From the human T2T-CHM13v2.0 reference genome, Homo sapiens, in NCBI RefSeq assembly GCF_009914755.1, contig NC_060930.1: 64,000 nt of DNA; one strand, 5' to 3'. A program made the position numbers and the translations under genes. Numbering within the stretch: the first letter of the stretch is position 1; each line of letters opens with the position of its first letter. The notes under the pieces were generated by a model. The model was not told the DNA's origin. It ran no database searches and saw only the letters and a list, made by a program, of their open reading frames with translations. Positions 58,212 through 64,000 of this stretch are shown piece by piece.

Positions 58212-58338
58212 TTCCAGAGAGTGAATAAAGAGAGCCAAACTGAGAGTGAATAAAGAGAGTGAATAAAGAGAATTCCAGAGAGTGAATAAAGAGAGCCAAA
58301 TAAAGAGAGTGAATAAAGAGAGCCAAATATAAAGAGAA
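58212..58338 (+). repeat. Irregular micro-array of GAGAGTGAATAAA / GAGAGCCAAA units
   Basis: Five copies of GAGAGTGAATAAA; six AATAAA hexamers in total. Confidence 0.9.
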
Positions 58339-58357
58339 ATATTTAGAAAAAGGGAAT

Positions 58358-58795
58358 TGTAATAGATAGAATTGTGTTCCCCAAAAGATTTGTTCAAGTT
58401 CTAACCCCTGATGCCTGTGAATGTATTTTCAAATATTTGTTTCAAAATAGGCCTTTGCACATATAATCAGGTTAGAATGAGGTCATATGGGAAAACTAGG
58501 TTTCTTATAAAAATTTGGCAATAGAGACACACAGGAAGAATGCCACATGAGGATGGAGGCAGAGATTGGAACGATGTGTCTACAAACTAAGGATTGCTGG
58601 GGACTGCTGGCAAACACTAGAAGCCAGGGAAAGGCAAAGAAGGATCCTTACATCGATTCTCCAGAGAGAGAAAGGCCCTGTTGACATGTTAATTTTGGAC
58701 TTCTAGCTTCCAGAACTGTGAGAGGATAAGTTTCTTATGTTTTTAGTCACCATATTCACGGTAATTTGTTATGGCAACGCTAGGAAATTAATACA
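58358..58795 (+). mobile_element. MLT1B/C MaLR solo LTR
   Basis: TGTAATAG…GGAGGCAGAGATTGGA…TTGGACTTCTAGCTTCCAGAACTGTGAGA…TAGGAAATTAATACA; TSD GGAAT/GTAAT. Confidence 0.9.
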
Positions 58796-58869
58796 GTAAT
58801 GATACATAGTTTCCTATTTTACAGTTTTTCCCAAGTGCAGTTCCTGGTATCCCACGTGAGACAGCTACA

Positions 58870-59806
58870 ACTCCAATAGAAAAACCTCAACATTGCTGGC
58901 TTGATGAATCAGAACAGAGTTTTGGGCAACCATATTCCTTGAAATTGAAAGCACAAATTCCAGAAAGGAGAAAGTAAGTGGGGGAGGACCCTTAAAGTCT
59001 GTGTATACGATCTGCCTAAGTCTCTGGCTGACCCTTGCACAGCCCATGAATAATGCAAACTACAAGCAGCCCTGGTAAGACTAAAAACACTGAACTGAAA
59101 TTTGAGCTGCCATCACCTACAAGAAGAAAAGAAAAACACCAGAAGTTTCATTTTGAGTGAAGCCAAGTTAACAGTTTGCAAAAACAAACACAAAACTCTT
59201 TAGAGGAATATAATAGGTCCAGAGTTTCGATGAGATGTCATTTACAATGTCCAGCATATAATTCAAAATGACTCAATAGAAGAAGAAACAGGAAAACATC
59301 AGCTATTCTATACAGAACAATGAACAGAGACCAAACCCAAGATGACACAAATCATAGAATTAGCACATAAGCAGTTTTTATTGATAGGCTCAAGGCGGTA
59401 AATGAAAATCTGCTCGAATTGATGCCCCCACCCCAAAAAAAAAATCCCAGTAGAGAAAAAGAAAATATTAAAAAAATCTAATGGAAATTCTGGAATTGAG
59501 AAATATATTTAAAGTTTTAAAAAAATCACTGGATGTGACAATTCAATAGAAATGAAAAACATGAAAAAAAACAGAAATCAAAAATGAGCAGCACCACAGG
59601 AAGTTGTAAGATGAACAAAAGATAAATCAAATATGTAGTTGGAGACTCAGAAAGAAAAGAGAGAGAAAATGGAGAAAATATACTAGAAGAAATAATGGCT
59701 GAAAATTCAGCAAATTGTATTAAAGACAAAAAATTATAGATTCAAGAAGCTTAGCAAACACCAAGCAAAATTAATACAAAGAAAATCTCACTTAACATAT
59801 CAAACT
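58870..59806 (+). mobile_element. Old L1 5'/ORF1 remnant
   Basis: GAAGAAATAATGGCTGAAAATT…TATAGATTCAAGAAGCTTAGCAAACACCAAGC, typical L1M ORF1. Confidence 0.7.
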
Positions 59807-60267
59807 ATGGTATTTTCATGTTAATTTTAAAAGATCAATTTCTTTTTAAAAAACTACCAGAATTTTGATTAGGATTACTTTGAATTTTTAGAGAAAATTG
59901 AGAAGAAATGAAAACAATTTTGAGATTTTCAATGCATGAACAAAGTACATCACTCCATTTTTTTAGCTTTTCTTTAAATTCTCTCAGCAATGTTTTGGAG
60001 TTTTCAGTGTACAAGTCTTCCATCTGTTTTGCCAAATTTAGTCTCAAATATTTCACATTTTTGATATATTTAAATGTTTAAACTTATATTTCAATTTCCA
60101 ATTAAATACTGATAGCATATACAAATAAAATTTACGTGTTGACTTAGTATTCTGTCACCTTGCTAAGATCACACATTACTTCCAAGAAGCTTTTTGTAGA
60201 TTTCTTATGATTTTTCTATTTAGAGAATAATGTTGTCTGCAAATAAAAGTTTTATTTCTCTTTCCTA

Positions 60268-60615
<348 letters not shown>

Positions 60616-60722
60616 TTATTTCCTTTTCTTGCTTTATCTTTTTATCTTTATCCTTGCTAGGATCTCCAATAAAATGGTAAATAGAAGTGGTGAGACTCCT
60701 TGCTTTGTTCTGGATTAGAAGC

Positions 60723-60996
60723 GACCAGGCACGTTGGCTCATGCCTATAATCTCAGCACTTTGGGAGGCCAAGTCAGGGGGATCACTTGAACACAGGGGT
60801 TCAAGATCAGCCTAGCAACATAATGAGACCTTGTCTCTACAAAAAGTAAAAAAAAAAAATTATCTGGGCATGGCGGTGCATGACTTTAGTCCCAGATACC
60901 TGGGAGGCTGAGGTGGGAGGATTGCTTAAGCCTGGGAAGTCAAGGTTGCAGTGAGCAGTCACTGTACTCCAGTCAGGGTGACAGAGAGAGAACCTG
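60723..60996 (+). mobile_element. AluJ whose tail is expanded into a GGAA tract
   Basis: GGGAGGATTGCTTAAGCCTGGGAAGTCAAGG; runs directly into the purine tract. Confidence 0.9.
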
Positions 60997-60998
60997 AT

Positions 60999-61447
60999 GA
61001 AAGAAAAGAGAGAAAGAAAGAGAGAAAGAGAGGAAGGAGGGAAGGAAGAGAGGAAGGGAGAGAGGAAGGAAGGGAGAGAGGAAGGAAGGAAGAGAGGAAG
61101 GAAGGAAGGGAGGAAGGGAGAGAGGAAGGAAGGAAGGAAGGGAGGAAGGAAGGAAGGAAGGGAGGAAGGAAGGAAGGAAGGGAGGAAGGGAGAGAGGAAG
61201 GAAGGAAGGAAGGGAGGAAGGAAGGAAGGAAGGGAGGAAGGAAGGAAGGAAGGGAGGAAGGGAGAGAGGAAGGAAGGAAGGGAGAGAGGAAGGAAGGAAG
61301 GAAGGAAAGGAAGGAAGGAAGGGAGGAAGAGAGGAAGGGAGGAAAGAAGGGAGGAAGGGAGGGAGGAAGGGAGAGAGGAAGGGAGGAAGGGAGGAAAGAA
61401 GGGGGGAAAGAAGAGAGGAAGGAAGACAGGAAGGGAAGGAGGGAGGG
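60999..61447 (+). repeat. (GGAA/GGGA)n polypurine tract
   Basis: No pyrimidine from 60999 to 61426; 72-bp higher-order period. Confidence 0.97.
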
Positions 61448-62120
61448 CGAGCAAGCAAAGCATTCTATCTTTCGCCACTAAATGACGTGTTACCTCTAAT
61501 TTTTTCATAAATGTACTTTATGAAGGAAAGGTTAAAGAAGTTCCCTTCTATTTCTTGTCTGTTGAGAGTTATTTTTAAAATACCAAATGAATATTGAATT
61601 TTGTCAAATGCTTTTTTGTCTCTACTGACGTAAGTATTTCTTTTTAAGTTTGTGAATATAATGAATTAAATTGATCGAGTTTTTCACACATTAACTTTAC
61701 ATTTCTTGAGATAAATCCTATTTGGACATAAAGGGTTATAATTTTTATATATGGCTGAATGTAACTTAATTTTTGTAAGAATTTTTGAAACTTTGAGATA
61801 TTGGTCTGTCCTTTTTTTATTTTTGTAATGTATGGGTTTCATTTTGGTATCTGGGTAATTCTAACCTCAAAAAAAAAGTTGGAATGTTTACTATTATCTT
61901 TTGCATTCTGGAAAAATATGGGTAGAATTGTAATTATTTATTCCTTAAATATTTGATAGAATTCAACAGTGAAAATCATTTAGTCCTGAAATTTTCATTT
62001 CAACAAGGTTTTAGATTACAAATTCAGTTTTTTAAATCAATATTAAGGCTATTTAGGCTATTTCATCTTGAATAAACTTTTGCAGTTTGTGTCTTTCAGT
62101 TAGTTTGTCCTTTTCATCTA

Positions 62121-62447
62121 CAGTCATGTGTCATTTAACAAAGAGAATAAGTTCTGAGAGATGCATCCTTAGTCAAATCTGTCATTGTGCAAATATCATA
62201 GGGTGTCGTTACACACACCTAGATGGTAGAGCCTACTTACTACACATCAAGGCTATATGGTATAACCTCTTGCTCCTAGACTACAAGTCTGTACAGCACG
62301 TTACTGTACTGAATATTGTAAGCAATTAGAACACAATATTTGTGTATCTTAACATAGAAAAGGTGCAGCAAAAACATGGAATTATAATTTTATGGAACTA
62401 TCATTATATATGTGGTCCGTCATTGACTGTCATGCATTGCATGACTG
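62121..62447 (+). mobile_element. Tigger3a MITE
   Basis: TA|CAGTCATG…CATGACTG|TA with ACACACCTAGATGGTA core. Confidence 0.9.
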
Positions 62448-62914
62448 TATATGGTGACATTATTCTGATAAGATTATAATACTTGAGTATTACCCTTGTA
62501 ATATTTGTATTATCTGTAATGATTCCTTTTATTCCTGATAACTATTTGTGTCTTCTCCCCTTTTCTCTTAGTCTGGATAGATGTTTTCAATTACATTGAT
62601 ATTTTTGTGTAATCAGCATTGCTTGCTTTAAATTTTCTCTATTACTCTGTATTCTACTTCATTTATTTTTGTTATCTTTATTAACTTCCTTCTGTTTAAT
62701 TACGACCTAATTACTCTTGGTTTCCTAATTTCCAAAGGTGTTACCTTAGATAATTGCTTTAAAATGTTTCTTCTAATATAAACACGTAATATTATAAATT
62801 CCCCTCTAATAACCTCTTTAGTTGCATTCCATAAATTCAAATATGTTTTTTTGTTTTTCAAAGTATTTTCTGTTTCCTCTTGTGATGTGAATGTGTGTGT
62901 GTGTGCATGCACTC

Positions 62915-63110
62915 ATGGTGTTGAATAGGTTAATTAGCTTGTGGTGATTAGTACATAATGTATGTGTATATATATACATATATATGATTATTACGTGTGT
63001 GTGTGTATATATATATATATATACACACACACATATCTCAAAACATGAAGTTGTACACCTTGAATATATACATTTTTATTTGTTAATTTTACTTCAATAA
63101 AGCTGGGGGC
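62915..63110 (+). mobile_element. L1MA/MB 3' terminal fragment with (TG)/(TA)/(CA) repeats
   Basis: GTTAATTAGCTTG…GTTGTACACCTTGAATATATAC…CAATAAAGCTGG. Confidence 0.75.
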
Positions 63111-64000
63111 AAACCCCCATCACTTTGCTTTTGGTTTTTAGTTTTACTTTGCTGAAATCATAAAGCATATATGATTTTAATCTTTTAACATTTATTGAAT
63201 TTTATCATCCAGAAAATGATACAACTTGGTAAATATTCCACTGCATTTAATGTAAATTTGTATTCAGCTATTGTTGAGGACAGTGTTTCATAAATATTAA
63301 ATAGCTCAAATCTGTTGGAAGCTTTACTGCTTACCATCGTTTTTTCTTTGCGTTACCATTGCCATAATTCCTGTTTACCTGTCTTCAAGATCACTGATTG
63401 GTTTTCTTTTGCTGTATCCAGTCTGCTTGTAGGCTAATTGATGAAATTACTTATTTCTGATATGGTATTTTTCATTTCTAGCATTTCCATTTGACTCCTT
63501 CGTAAAGTTGTAATCTCTCTGAAAGTCCTTATCTGTTCATGCATCCCATTTATCTCATCTACTATGCCGTTAAACAAATTATAGTTAGTTTTAAATTACT
63601 GTGTAATAATTCCAGCCACTAGATGATTTCTCAATCTGTTTTGCCTCTGGATTACTTTTGCCTCTGGACAATGAGGTTTTTTTTTTCTTGTTTTATTTTG
63701 TCTCTCCTAAGTTTTTGTTGAATGGTAGACATAGTGTACAGACAGACTGATATAAAAAGGATTTATTCCTGGAAATGGGCATGCTTCTTTCAGGTCATTG
63801 GTACACTTGGTTCAATCATTCCAGTAGCTGTCTTGTGTTTGGTTGTATGTTGCTCTAGTTAATTTCAGTCTACCAGACTTCAAGATTCTCCAGTGGTAGA
63901 TGACTGTTACTTTTACTTACTGTGAAGCCTGGAGTGCTAAAATCTTATCTTTGTATTCCTCCTCCACCTCCAGCTTTCAGCAAGATCTCTAGCCACACTC

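Noticed and set aside
58212-58338. CRISPR-like repeat array
   Set aside because: No unique spacers of regular length, no cas genes, and the context is primate genomic DNA
60837-61508. ORFs of 161-223 aa
   Set aside because: Translations of the GGAA tract and the adjacent AluJ

Overview
Human/primate-type genomic DNA: AT-rich, CpG-poor, and roughly half interspersed repeats (Alu J/S/Y and a FAM monomer, L1PA/L1M, L2, MIR, MaLR and ERV1 LTRs, MER2/MER5A/MER81/Tigger3 DNA transposons). It reads as intergenic or deep-intronic. I recognise no protein-coding gene, RNA gene, CpG island or CRISPR array, and the long ORFs in the track come from simple repeats or transposons. The largest elements are a decayed two-LTR ERVL provirus (LTR16A-type, 30.2-36.7 kb, minus strand) and an old L1MC (39.9-45.5 kb). 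The most notable structures are: (i) a duplicated 62-nt exon-like cassette whose splice-site flanks are identical, with one copy pasted into a MER5A; (ii) two further short non-tandem local duplications and a micro dup-inv-dup template switch in and next to the ERVL; (iii) independent Alu insertions at the same site in two MST LTRs; (iv) a 1.5-kb and a 0.45-kb polypurine tract with a six-AATAAA array between them. I cannot support a new biological system from sequence alone. Repeat subfamily names come from recalled consensus sequences and should be confirmed with RepeatMasker/Dfam.
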